NCBI GenBank assembly: GCA_951406725.2
Contig: OX597816.1
Span: 57,970,001-58,034,000, forward strand
Direction: 5' to 3'
Origin: Octopus vulgaris
Lineage: Eukaryota
Length of the DNA: 64,000 nt
Shown here: piece by piece, positions 13,654 to 24,698 of the stretch
How the letters are laid out: every line of letters begins with the position of its first letter
Position numbering within the stretch: position 1 is the stretch's first letter
Program-made: the position numbers and the translations under genes
The notes under the pieces: model-generated
Databases searched by the model: none
Seen by the model: the letters and a program-made list of their open reading frames with translations, nothing else
Told to the model about the DNA's origin: nothing

Positions 13654-13816
13654 TAGAAAAATGCCTTAGGAATGAGAACCCAGGTTCGAAATTTCCCCAA
13701 GACACCTGATGAAGGCTGGAGGGTATATCAACCAAAACATTGTGTTAACAACAAACAAGATGAGGACAAATATCCGTCAAATGTAAATAATTCCTCATCT
13801 CTTAAATATAGAACTG
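13331..13816. mobile_element. Palindromic tRNA-head/hammerhead element, copy 2
   Basis: Two inverted arms; perfect TSD cttcattgtcaat at 13318-13330 and 13817-13829; hammerhead-like core at 13701-13746. Confidence 0.88.
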
Positions 13817-14119
13817 CTTCATTGTCAATGTTCACAGATTTGGAGAGTCTGCTACTGAAGAACATGAACATAACAATCTTCAAGGCTTCTTCACCAGTGA
13901 CAACTGGTTCCACATACAGTTTCTGCAAGGCACTTTGGTACACATGTACTGATTCATCATGATTGTCATCATCGTTTAACGTCTGCTTTCCATGCTGGCA
14001 TGGGTTGGACAGTTTGACTGAGGGCTGGCGCACCAGAAGGCTGCACCAGGCTCTAATCTGATCTGGCAAAGTTTTTACAGCTGGATGCCCTTCCTAACGC
14101 TAACTACTCTGAGAGTGTA

Positions 14120-14610
14120 GTGGGTGCTTTTTATGTGCCACTGGCACGAGGGCCAGTCAGGCAGCACCGGCAATGACCATGCTTGAATGGTGCTTTTTAT
14201 GTGCCACCAGCATAGGAGCCAGTCAGGTGATACTGGCATCGACCACGCTTGAATGGTGCTTTTTATGTGCCACCGGCATGGGAGCCAGTCAGGTGATACT
14301 GGCATCAACCACGCTTGAATGGTGCTTTTTATGTGCCACCGGCATGGGAGCCAGTCAGGTGATACTGGCATCGACCATGCTTGAATGGTGCTTTGTAGCA
14401 CTGGCAACAACCATGTTCAAATGGTGCTTTTTACATGCCACCAGCACAAGAGCCAGTCAGGTGGTACTGGCAATGACCGCATTTGAATGGTGCTTTTTAT
14501 GTACCAATGGCATGGGAGCCAGTCAGGCGGCACTGGCAATGGCCATGTTCGAATGGTGCTTTTTACATGCCACTGGCACAGGAGCTAGTCAGGTGGCACT
14601 AGCATCGATT
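14120..14610 (-). repeat. 63-bp tandem array (~8 units) within an RTE 3' UTR copy
   Basis: GAATGGTGCTTTTTATGTGCCACCGGCATGGGAGCCAGTCAGGTGATACTGGCATCGACCACGCTT-type units. Confidence 0.85.
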
Positions 14611-15611
14611 GTGAGGCCAAAATTCTTGCAAGCAGTGGAAAAGTATTTCATGCTCTGATGCACCTGGGCCTCTTACTTAGTGAGCAGTTGTTTGCAATCA
14701 GGAAGTCATGCACTGAGTCTACCAGGAGTCCTGAATCTGATCTTGATCTGGTCCATTGTCATTACAGAAAGCATCCAACAGCATGGCTGAGAACACTATG
14801 CTGAACAGCAGAGGGGCAAGTACACGGCCTTGCTTGACTCCGTCAGTGACTGGGAATGCATTGGAAGAATCTTCACTGCCCAGTCCATTGCAGAACTGTT
14901 GCACCAAGCTAATGAATTTGTCTGGGCAGCCAAACTTTCCCCTGATCTTGTTCAATCCATTCATTTTCCTCCATTTCATTAATCTTCTCTCTTTCTTTTT
15001 CTATTTCGTTGTTTGCACTTCTTTCTTATCTTCTTTATTTCCCTTCTCCTCCAACTACACCTCCACATCCTTTGTACTCTCTCTCTCTCCACTTTTTATC
15101 TCCTTATAATGTTGGAACACCATTATAACTGACATCCATCTATTAATTAACCCAGTTAACGAGGATACAGGATTAGTCCAATTATAATTCTTTTAACATT
15201 TAACGATGATTCCCACAAAAGCATTGTTTTTCTCTTCTCAGGGAAAAATAACTAAAAAAACAACCAAAAATCAAAAAAGAGCAAACAACAATTTATCTCT
15301 TATTCCCATTACACATCTTTTGGTTTCCTTCCCTCCCTCTCTGTGCCATCAATGTTCCACTCCTCTCTACTATCTCTCTCTGACTACCCAGCCTCTTTAG
15401 CTCCCACTCCACATAATCAGTCACCCTCTCATCTTTTACTATTTCCTTCTCTCTCTCTCTCTCTCTGTTTCTGCCTGTCTCTCCCTCCCATTTAACATAC
15501 CTCCCTCCCTCCTCACCACACAGCTATCTTTCCCCCACTCTCATTTTCTGTTAGCTCCTCTTTTCCCTCTCTCTTACACTCCTACAATTCCATTCATGGA
15601 CATTAAATAAT

Positions 15612-15642
<31 letters not shown>

Positions 15643-16520
15643 CCCCTGACAGGCTCCTGTGCCAGCAGCACCATGTGAATGTGGTCAATGCCAGAGTCCC
15701 CTGACTGGCTCCTGTGTCGGTAGCATGCATAAAGCACCATGCAAACGTGGTCAATGCCAGTGCCCCCTAATTGGCTCCCGTGCTGGTGACATAAAAAGCA
15801 CCATGTGAATGTAGTTGATGCCAGTGCCTCCTGTGCCGGTGGTATGTAAAAAGCACCTGTTACACTCTTGGAGTGGTTGGCATTAGGAAGGGCATCCAGC
15901 TGTAGAAACCATGCCAAATTAGATTGGAGCTTGGTGCAGCCTACTGGCTTGCGAGTCCTCAGTCAAACCTATTTCTTTACTACCCACAAGGGGCTAAACA
16001 TAGAGAGGACAAACAAGGACAGACAAATGGATTAAGTCGGTTATATCGACCCCAGTGCGTAACTGGTACTTAATTTATTGACTCCGAAAGGATGAAAGGC
16101 AAAGTCAACCTCGGCGGAATTTGAACTCAGAACGTAACGGAAGACGAAATATGGCTACGCATTTCGCCCGGCGTGCTAACGTTTCTACCATCTCACCGCC
16201 ATCCAACCCATGCCAGCAAGGAAAGCAGATGTTAAACAAACGATAATCAAGGATAAAATCTGTAGAGGATTTTATCAAGAAGCTAGCATGTAAAAAAACC
16301 ATTTAGGTAGAAATTAATACTACGTATTTCACTTTTAATACACAGTATCGTCATCATCATCATCATCATCGTTTAACGTCTGCTTTCCATGCTGGCATGG
16401 GTTGGACGGTTTGACTAAGGTGTGGAGAACCAGGAGGCTGCACCAGGCTCCAATCTTGTGCCTGGGAGGGTAACTTTCTAAGTGCAATCCCATGGTCAGT
16501 CATGACCAAAGGGGGTCTTA

Positions 16521-16554
<34 letters not shown>

Positions 16555-17116
16555 ATATTCAAAAACTAAAAATATTCATAAGATAAATAGTTATGTAGAA
16601 GCTTATAAATATCTATATGCAGTTACAAATAAATTTACATAGAGTACAAAAGGTATAGAAAACCAAGTGGAGAATGCATAGTTTTTTAACAGCTGTTTCT
16701 AGGAGTTTGGAATTATGTAATAGTTGTAATGTTCATAACTAGCAGATGGAGTGTTCAAAAAGTCGTGGACATGCAACCAGTTGATAGATGCATATAAATC
16801 GGCTTCCTTCATCAGGAGGGGAAGATTGGCAGATAGCAGTTCACATGGTGGTGTGAGAAATCCATGGTTTGAATGGGAGAAGAGGAAGAAGAGTAAAAGG
16901 CAGGAAGAAGGAGGATTCAGTTGGTCTAGAGAGTGGGCAGAAAAGGAAGAAGCGATAGGAAATACAAGGTGGGAGAGGTGAATAATCAAGGGATAGACTA
17001 GAAGTAAAAGTGGAGATGAAAAGTCTCCAAACACTGTGCTGATGGTGTTGATAACAAGACAAACTCTGTAGGAAATTGACATTGGACAAGAATAAAAAAA
17101 AAATTGAAATAATTAC

Positions 17117-17212
17117 CTTCAAATCAATAAGACGTGTCTTAACGAGAGTTGTATATTCAAAGTACACTTCAGAACATTGTGCAGGTACAAAAGGAGTTTT
17201 CATGAGGTGTGC
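17117..17212 (-). CDS. FANCA: FANCA exon (exon 16 equivalent), 96 nt
   Basis: cttgttgctcag|AHLMKTPFVPAQCSEVYFEYTTLVKTRLIDLK|gtaatt versus human [32 protein letters not shown]. Confidence 0.95.
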
Positions 17213-17277
17213 CTGAGCAACAAGAGTAAAAAAAATATATTAAAGAATAACTTTTTACAATGACATCAGTCTTTTGT

Positions 17278-17619
17278 CATTCATCATCCGCTTTCCATGC
17301 TGGCATGGGTTGGACGGTTTGACTGAGGGCTGGCAAGCCAGAAGGCTGCACCAGGCCCCCAGTCTGATCTGGCAGAGTTTCTACAGCTGGATGCCCTTCC
17401 TAATGCCAACCACTCCAAGAGTGTAGTGGGTGAAGGCTTTAATTATCATAGAGAGGTTCGCTAGTCCAAGCAGGGATTCAGGCCACACATTCACAAGAAG
17501 CTACTACAACATGATTAAGAAACAAGTTAGAAATACAGATGCAAGTAAGTTCCAAACTTGCAGTGTAACTTCCATATAATCTCCAGGCATAAATTAGAGT
17601 TACTTGCAGAGATGTATTT
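17278..17619 (-). pseudogene. Processed retrocopy of a partly spliced FANCA RNA (3' 18 nt of exon 5 + exon 6 + start of intron 6 + intronic RTE 3' tail)
   Basis: 17602-17619 matches 45207-45224 and is joined without an intron to 17537-17601 (= exon 6). 17432-17536 matches unique intron-6 sequence at ~40418-40524, followed by the RTE tail. Confidence 0.85.
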
Positions 17620-18078
17620 AACTGTAATTATTATCAGCAGTAATTACAATTAAGGGTTTGGCAATGCAAACAGGAGGTGGCAAGCTGGAGATCACATTCA
17701 AATGGAAATTGTTGCTGTGATCCCTGTGCCAGTGATACGTAAAAAGCACCACCCAAATGTGGCCGATGCCAGTGCCACCTTGACTGGCTTCCATGCCAGT
17801 AGCACGTAAAAAGCACCATCTGATTGTAGTCGATGCCAGTCTCCTCTGGCTCCTGTGCCAGTGGCACATAAAAATGCACCCAGTACACTCTCAGAGTGGT
17901 TGGCATTAGGAAGGGTATTCAGCTATAGAAACACTGCCAGATCAGACTGGAATCTGGTGCAGCCTCCTGGCTTCCCAGACCCCAGTCAAACCATCCAACT
18001 CATGCCAGCATGGAAAACAAATGTTAATCGATGCTGATGATGATGACATATAATTCCTCTCCATATATATACATACAT

Positions 18079-18112
<34 letters not shown>

Positions 18113-18324
18113 CATCATCATCATCATCAAAGCGTCTGCTTTCCATGCTGGCATGGGTTGGACGGTTCAACGGGTCTGGGAAGCCAGAAGGCTGCACCAG
18201 GCCCAGTCTGATTTGGCAATGTTTCTACGGCTGGATGCCCTTCCTAACGCCAATGCCCTTCCTAACATACCTTATAATATTTATCATTATATAGAATTTT
18301 CATTCATTCCTAAACTGAACTCAC

Positions 18325-18435
18325 CTTCAGATGAATTGCAGATTCAAAGGGTACCAAGTCAGACAACAGTTTGATAAGAAAGGTAAAACTTTTCTGGGTG
18401 TTTGCAATTGATTTATTCGAACAACCAAATGTTAA
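18325..18435 (-). CDS. FANCA: FANCA exon (exon 15 equivalent), 111 nt
   Basis: ctttgttgcag|LTFGCSNKSIANTQKSFTFLIKLLSDLVPFESAIHLK|gtgagt versus human ASFGS...[24 protein letters not shown]. Confidence 0.95.
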
Positions 18436-18689
18436 CTGCAACAAAGAAAAACAGGAACATTCTAGATTAATTTCTTCTGGCAAAAGTTTTGTTTGTTTGT
18501 TAGTTTTTTTGTTAATGTCTCATAAACATTATTAAAAGGTTACCATATGTTTTGAGAGGAGGGGTTAACTGGTACTCCTTCGGTTATGATAACAAGTGTT
18601 CTAGCTGATCTGCTCAACGCAATAGCATGCTTTTGAAATTAACATGCCTTAATAAAAATAATAATAATCATAATAATAATAATAATAAA

Positions 18690-20623
18690 AAGAAGAATAA
18701 CAGGTGAACAAAAGGCAATTTATGACAGAATAAAGGTAAGACTACAGGAGAACGACAGTGACATTACATGCAACCTTAAAAAGGTTTATTGATGGAAATT
18801 GAACCAAGAAGCGAAAAATGTTAATGATATTCTGAAATACATCAGAACAAACAACATCATAGAAACAAATAATTTGATCAAGGTAGCAAGTATTGTTGTA
18901 GCAGAAAATGTGGGTGTTGATGTCAAGAAAAAAGAAACATAATGGGAGTGACAAAAGAAAAGATCCATGGTGGAGAAGAAGTATCCAGGCAGGGTTAGAC
19001 ATGATCTCGAAGGAAATTTCTGTGTTAGACTGAAAAGAGCAAGGGGAGCTTAAAAGCGAACAAAAATACAGGGCACTGAAAAGGAAGTATAATATTGAAA
19101 GAAAGGGCCTGAAAGTAGTGGTGGAGGAACTGACACAGTGCCTCGTTGCAAAGAAAGCAAAGATGGTAAGATACGACCAAAGAATGAAGGGTTACCACCA
19201 GAATAGGTTATTCAGAATAGATCAGAGGAGATTCTATAAAGAAATGAATGGAGAGTGTACAGATGAAAAGTTGATACCAGATAACAATGAAAGTCAAAGG
19301 TTTTGGAACAACATCTGGAGCAAAGACAAGGAGCATAAAAAGGATGCTGAATGGTTGGAAGAACTGAAACAAACAGTAGTTTGTCTGAAACAGGCAGAAC
19401 TAGTTATTTCAGTTAGGGAAGTGAAAGAAACCAGCAACAAAATGAGCAACTGGAAGGAGCAGGAGTACTCGCATGGACAGTGGACGAAGTAAAAACCTTA
19501 AACAGAAAGACAAGGAAGTTGCTAACTAGATATGGGTCACTCCACCCAAAAAGTGACACAAACAGACTGTATGTACCAAGAAAAAGAGGGGGAAGAGGAC
19601 TTATTGGATGCGAACACAGCACTAGAGCAGAAGAAAACAACATAGGATGGTATGTAAAAAATGCCACAGAACTGCTATTATTAGAAGTAAGAAGGTCAGG
19701 CTTGTGTAGGATAAAAGATTGCAAAGATAAAGCACTATACAAGAAATTGAAAACGAATGAAACTGAAAATAGGTGGGTAAAGGAAAGAATGCATGGTCAA
19801 TTTCATAAGGATGCTGAAGATAAGACAGACAGAGAAAAAAGATGGCTGTGGATGACTAAAAGTGATTTCAAACCGAAAACAGAGGCTCTAATCTGTGCTG
19901 CCCAAGAGCAAGCACTAAGAACAAACTACATAAAATACAGAATTGACAACACAGCAGAAAATGATAAGTGCAAAATCTGTGGACAATACGGTGAAACCGT
20001 ATGGTATATTACCAGCTAAAGTACGCCACTAGCTCGGAAGGAATATAAGAGACACCACGACAATATAGCCAGGCTTGTCCATTGGACACTCTGCAACAAG
20101 TATGGACTTGACAGAGCAAAAAATTGGTACCACCACAAACCTGAAGGCATCATCGAAAATAGAAATGCAAAGATCCTGTGGGATTTTATGATTCAGTGCG
20201 ATTATGAGATAGAGAATAGGAAGCCAGACATAGTCTTAATTGAGAATGAAAGCAAACTATGCTGGATCATAGATATAGCATGCCTGGTTGACAACAAGGT
20301 ATGCGATAAGGAAGAACAAAAAGTTGATAGATATGACAGGTTAGCTTGGGAAGTTAAGCAGTTGTGGTCAATGAAAAAGGTAGCAGTAGTACCAATAATT
20401 GTTGGAGCTCTGGGAACAGGGAGCAAAACTCTCGAGAAGTACATGGAACAAATAGGGGTTGCAATAAGGGTGGAGCACTTGCAGAAAACAGCACTGCTTG
20501 GAACCACTCGAATACTGTGGAAGGTGCTCGAAAAAATGTTACCTTAGTTCAGCTGACACTGTAGTACATCTCCATCGTTAGAAGCTGTGTAAAGACAATA
20601 ATAATAATAATGATAATAATAAT
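18690..20623 (+). mobile_element. Dong/R4-clade non-LTR element (restriction-like endonuclease) with the RT deleted, inserted in (TAA)n
   Basis: LYVPRKRGGRGL, CKICGQYGETVWYI zinc knuckle, HDNIA, KPDIVLI, IIDIAC..D...KVDRY. (TAA)n on both sides; stops and frameshifts present. Confidence 0.85.
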
Positions 20624-20634
20624 GTGGAACATAC

Positions 20635-20768
20635 CTCGACCCAATCAGGGTATGAAGGGAAGACGTGAGGCCCTTCAAAGCAAGCTTGTCGGGCAAAGAG
20701 AAGTGCAGATATAGAACTCTCAATCTCCAGATTTTCTAATCCTTGTTTTAACATTGCATTGACAAAAC
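20635..20768 (-). CDS. FANCA: FANCA exon (exon 14 equivalent), 134 nt
   Basis: ttttctttag|(S)FVNAMLKQGLENLEIESSISALLFARQACFEGPHVFPSYPDWVE|gtatgt versus human ...[24 protein letters not shown]. Confidence 0.95.
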
Positions 20769-21310
20769 CTAAAGAAAATGAAGGTCTTATTTATGATGAT
20801 GATGATGATTTATCTATATATAAGCAGTTGTCATCATTAATCAGCATCAATGACAGGCGTACAGCACAAACTAATCGATTATCAATGTCCTAACTTCCCC
20901 GGTAGTTGTGGCCTCACTGAGTTCCCTCAGTCTAGTTCTGAAAGGACATCCCTGGTTCACCCCCCACCCACTAACTCAGTTCCCATACAATGACAACATT
21001 TGTGGATAACAAGCTGGATCTGTTCCCTAATCAAAACCTATCACAGTTATTCACTCTAGCACTGGCGCGGCTGTGTGGTAACAAGCTTGCTTCCTAACTA
21101 CATGGTTCCAGGTTCAATCCTACTGCATGACATCTTGGGCAAGTGTTTTCTACTATAGCCTCAGGTCGACCAAAGCATTGTGAGTGGATTTGGTATACAG
21201 AAATGGAAAGAAGCCCATCGTGTGTGTGTATATACATATATATATGTGTGTGTGTGTATACATATATATATGTGTGTGTGTATATACATATATATATGTG
21301 TGTGTGTGTG

Positions 21311-21358
<48 letters not shown>

Positions 21359-21848
21359 CGCAGGAGTGGCTGTATGGTAAGAAGCTTGCTTCCCAACCAC
21401 ATGGCTCCAGGTTCAATCCCACTGCGTAGTACCTTGGGTAAGTGTCTTCTACTATAGCCTTGGGCTGACCAAAGTCATGTGAGTGGATTTCTTAGACAGA
21501 AACTGAAAGAAGCCTGTCATATGTATATATATATATATACATACATATATTTGTGTGTGTGTGACCCACCATTGCTCGACAACTGATGTTGGTGTGTTTA
21601 TGTCCCTGAAACTTAGTCGTTCAGCAAAAGATCGATAGAATAAGTACTAGGCTTAGAAAGAATAAGTCTTGGGGTTGATTTCTTTGGCTAAAGGCAGTGC
21701 TCCAGCATGGCCACAGTCAAATGACAAACATGTAAAAGAGTAAAAGAGTCAACACACACTCTACTTTGAAAGTTCTCCAGTTGAAAAGAAAGGTATAACA
21801 ATTTAAAATTTAAAAATTCCCAGTTTTCTCAAAATCTCTTCAACTTAC

Positions 21849-21990
21849 TTTTCAAAAGTCTTGGAGCAGTTTGGAAGCAGATAAGGAATGTAGAAGTAAA
21901 ACTCAGCAAGGTACACCAGTTGAAGTCATCTGCTTCTAAAAGACTTTGGATAACATTGAGGACAGCATTAGCATCCAGAACAGCAAAGAA
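21849..21990 (-). CDS. FANCA: FANCA exon (exon 13 equivalent), 142 nt
   Basis: tttttacag|FFAVLDANAVLNVIQSLLEADDFNWCTLLSFTSTFLICFQTAPRLLK|gtaagt versus human [47 protein letters not shown]; same size. Confidence 0.95.
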
Positions 21991-22567
21991 CTGTAAAAAG
22001 AACCAGAACAGACAAAAGACATTCTTGGAATACAGGAAGATAAAAATGGTGAAATGCTTAAATAAAGGGCTGGAGTAAAACAAGACAAAATTTTGATCTG
22101 TTCCAATACTCATTGATAGGAGGAGATGTAAAAGGGGCTTTGTGGGTTTCTGGAAGAAAGGAATGGTAAGTGAGGAATAAAATATGCTGCAGGATTTCAA
22201 TTAGAATCCATAGTCTAGGATTAATGATTTGAGGGATAAAGCATAAAACACTAGAAATTTAAAAAAAATCTTTTATCCTTTGTTTCAGGCATTTGATTGT
22301 GGCCATGCTGGGGCACCACCTTGAAGAATGTTTAGTTGAATGAACTGACCAAGTACTTATTCTTTAGGTTTCAAACCGTCCAAACCATGCTAGCATGGAA
22401 AGCAGATGTTAAACGACGACAACGATGATGAATGGTGTTATGAAGGGCATCCAGCTGTAAAAATCCTGCCAAAACAGTCACAGAAATCTGGTGCAGGCTC
22501 TGGCCTGGCCAGCTATTGTGGTACTGCCCCACCCATACTAGCATGGAAGACGGACGTTAAACTATGA

Positions 22568-23058
22568 TCATCATCATCATCATCACTTAGCGTCCACTTT
22601 CCATGATAGCATGGGTTGGACGGTTCAACTGGGGTCTGGGAAGCCAGGAGGCTTCACCAGGCTCCAGTATGATCTGGCAGTGTTTCTACAGCTGAATGCC
22701 CTTCCTAACGCCAACCACTCCGTGAGTGTAGTGGGTGCTTTTTACGTGCCACCGACACAGGTGCCATACGAGGCTGGCAAACGGCCACTGTCGGATGGAG
22801 CTTTTTACATGCCACCAGCACGGGAGCCAGGCGAGGCTGGCAATGGATATGATCGGATGGTGCTTTTTACATGCCACCGGCATGGGGACCAGGCGAGACT
22901 GGCAACGGCCACGATCGGATGGTGCTTTTTACGTGCCACCAGCACAGGGGCCAGGCGAGACTGGCAACGGCCACAATCGGATGGTGCTTTTTACGTGCCA
23001 CCGGCACGGGGGCCAGGCAGGGCTGGCAACGACCATGATCGGATGGTGCTTTTTACGT
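22568..23058 (-). mobile_element. Representative RTE 3'-end fragment; about 20 more copies in the window
   Basis: Same sequence as the 3' UTR of the RTEs at 52256 and 62161 (GGAAGGGCATCCAGCTGTAGAAAC...GGACGTTAAAC(GAT)n). Other copies lie near 2065-2620, 3787-4205, 12385-12800, 13960-14610, 15645-15968, 17690-18045, 18110-18265, 23890-24135, 25255-26285, 35600-35895, 37300-37815, 40285-40418, 40645-40880, 41820-42085, 47457-47740 and 51432-51558. Confidence 0.85.
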
Positions 23059-24265
23059 ATCCGTATGTATCTAATATATACCATGTGAGGTATCTCTGAA
23101 GAGAGGTAGCATTTTTGGTGTCTGTCAGCTGCATCAGGAATGGTCAAGTGGATAGGCCTCGCTGGTCCTCATTTAACTTCTTGTCTCTCACTTGAAGGTG
23201 CCAAGCATCATACTCCAGTGCCCCACTTCAGCTGTTGGCCTAAATCAAGTGAGAGCTGGAGTTAATAGTACACCAGTGGGTGAAGTCTCTGAATAAGGCT
23301 TCCTGTTGCTAACCTTGTTTCTCAAGTAAGGGATCTCATATTTCATGTATCTTCAAAGGCGCAAAGCTAGCAAACAGTTTGTTGGCAAGGAAAATGACAA
23401 ACATCACTGTTTCTATTTCATAGAACTTCACAGAAGCACAGACAGAAACACACACACAATCACCATCATCATCATCATCTTTACCATGCTTGCATTGTAG
23501 TTATAACAGAAGACCCCTGCCCAAGATGGAGTGCAGTGGGACTGAACCTGAAACAAGATTCACCACCACCATCATCATCATTTAACATCCATTTTCCAGG
23601 CTGGCATGGGTTGGATAGTTTAACAGGAACTGCACCAAATTCCATAGTTGTTTTGGCCTGGTTTCTACCCCTGGATGCCCCTCCTAACCCCAACCACTCT
23701 ACAGAGTGTACTGGGTGCTTTTTTTTTTACATGGCACCAGCTCCAACAGGAACACCAAGTACCTTGCAAGACAAAAAAATCTGAACTGGGATTGGGAAGT
23801 GAATTTGTCAAAACCACAGCAATGCTTACATCTGCCATTGACACTGCTGAATTGTTGAAGACTAGTCATTTGGATTAATTTTCACCAGAAAGCACCATTT
23901 GAGCGTGGTCATGGCCAGTGCCGCCTGACTGGCCCTTGTGCCAGTGGCACATAAAATGCACCCACTACACTATTGGAGTGGTTGGTGTTAGGAAGAGCAT
24001 TCAGCTGTAGAAACTTTGCCAGATCAGATTGGAGCCTGGTGCAGCCTTCTGGTTAGCCAGCCCTCAGTCAAACAGTCCAACCCATGCCAGCATGGAAAGC
24101 AGATGCTAAACAACAATAATGATGATGATGATGATGAATGATGGCAAGGAGATAATAATTTCTATCAGGCCATTCCTTATGTACAGTTTAAGATTTTATG
24201 GAGAAAAATCAAAATGCCTTTAGCAGAATATGTACAAAATATTACAGGCAAAAAGGACCAGCAAC

Positions 24266-24583
24266 CCCAGACTCGCGGTCGGAGGATTGTGGTTTCGATC
24301 CCAGACTGGGCGTTGTGTGTGTTTATTGAGCAAAAACACCTAAAGCTCCACGAGGCTCTGGCAGGGGGTGGTGGCGACCCCTGTTGTACTCTTTCACTCC
24401 AACTTTCTGTCACTCTTTCTTCCTGTTTCTTGTTTCCAACTTCCTACGCAACCGCTGAGCCTGGATGCTTTCGGTGTCGGGGGTTGACCAGCTTTCTCTT
24501 CTGCGGGTCTTACGAATAGCAAAGGACCACGTTTCGGACTTCTCCCACTGGGACGAAGACCGCTTCGCTCAACAAACAAGCAA
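24266..24583 (+). mobile_element. Fourth SINE (5'-clipped tRNA head, (CAAA)n tail)
   Basis: B box GGTTTCGATCCC; 9-bp TSD accagcaac at 24257-24265 and 24584-24592. Confidence 0.7.
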
Positions 24584-24621
24584 ACCAGCAACTTTAAATT
24601 AAATAGCTTTATAAACTGTAC

Positions 24622-24698
24622 CTGTTTGAAGAAGGCTCTCCTAAAAGGGGTTAACTTGCTGTAGGTCCATTGTTCTTGGTGTTTCACTGCATCTGACA
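24622..24698 (-). CDS. FANCA: FANCA exon (exon 12 equivalent), 77 nt
   Basis: tttatttag|(V)SDAVKHQEQWTYSKLTPFRRAFFKQ|gtacag versus human [26 protein letters not shown]; same size. Confidence 0.92.

Larger units (their letters stand above)
12810..14950 (-). mobile_element. Old fragmented RTE/BovB-like LINE, interrupted by younger insertions
   Basis: GCPDKFISLVQQF...FPVTDGVKQGRVLAPLLFSIVFSAML at 14719-14950; further degenerate RT/C-terminal sequence at 12850-13330 and 13820-13950. Confidence 0.65.
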
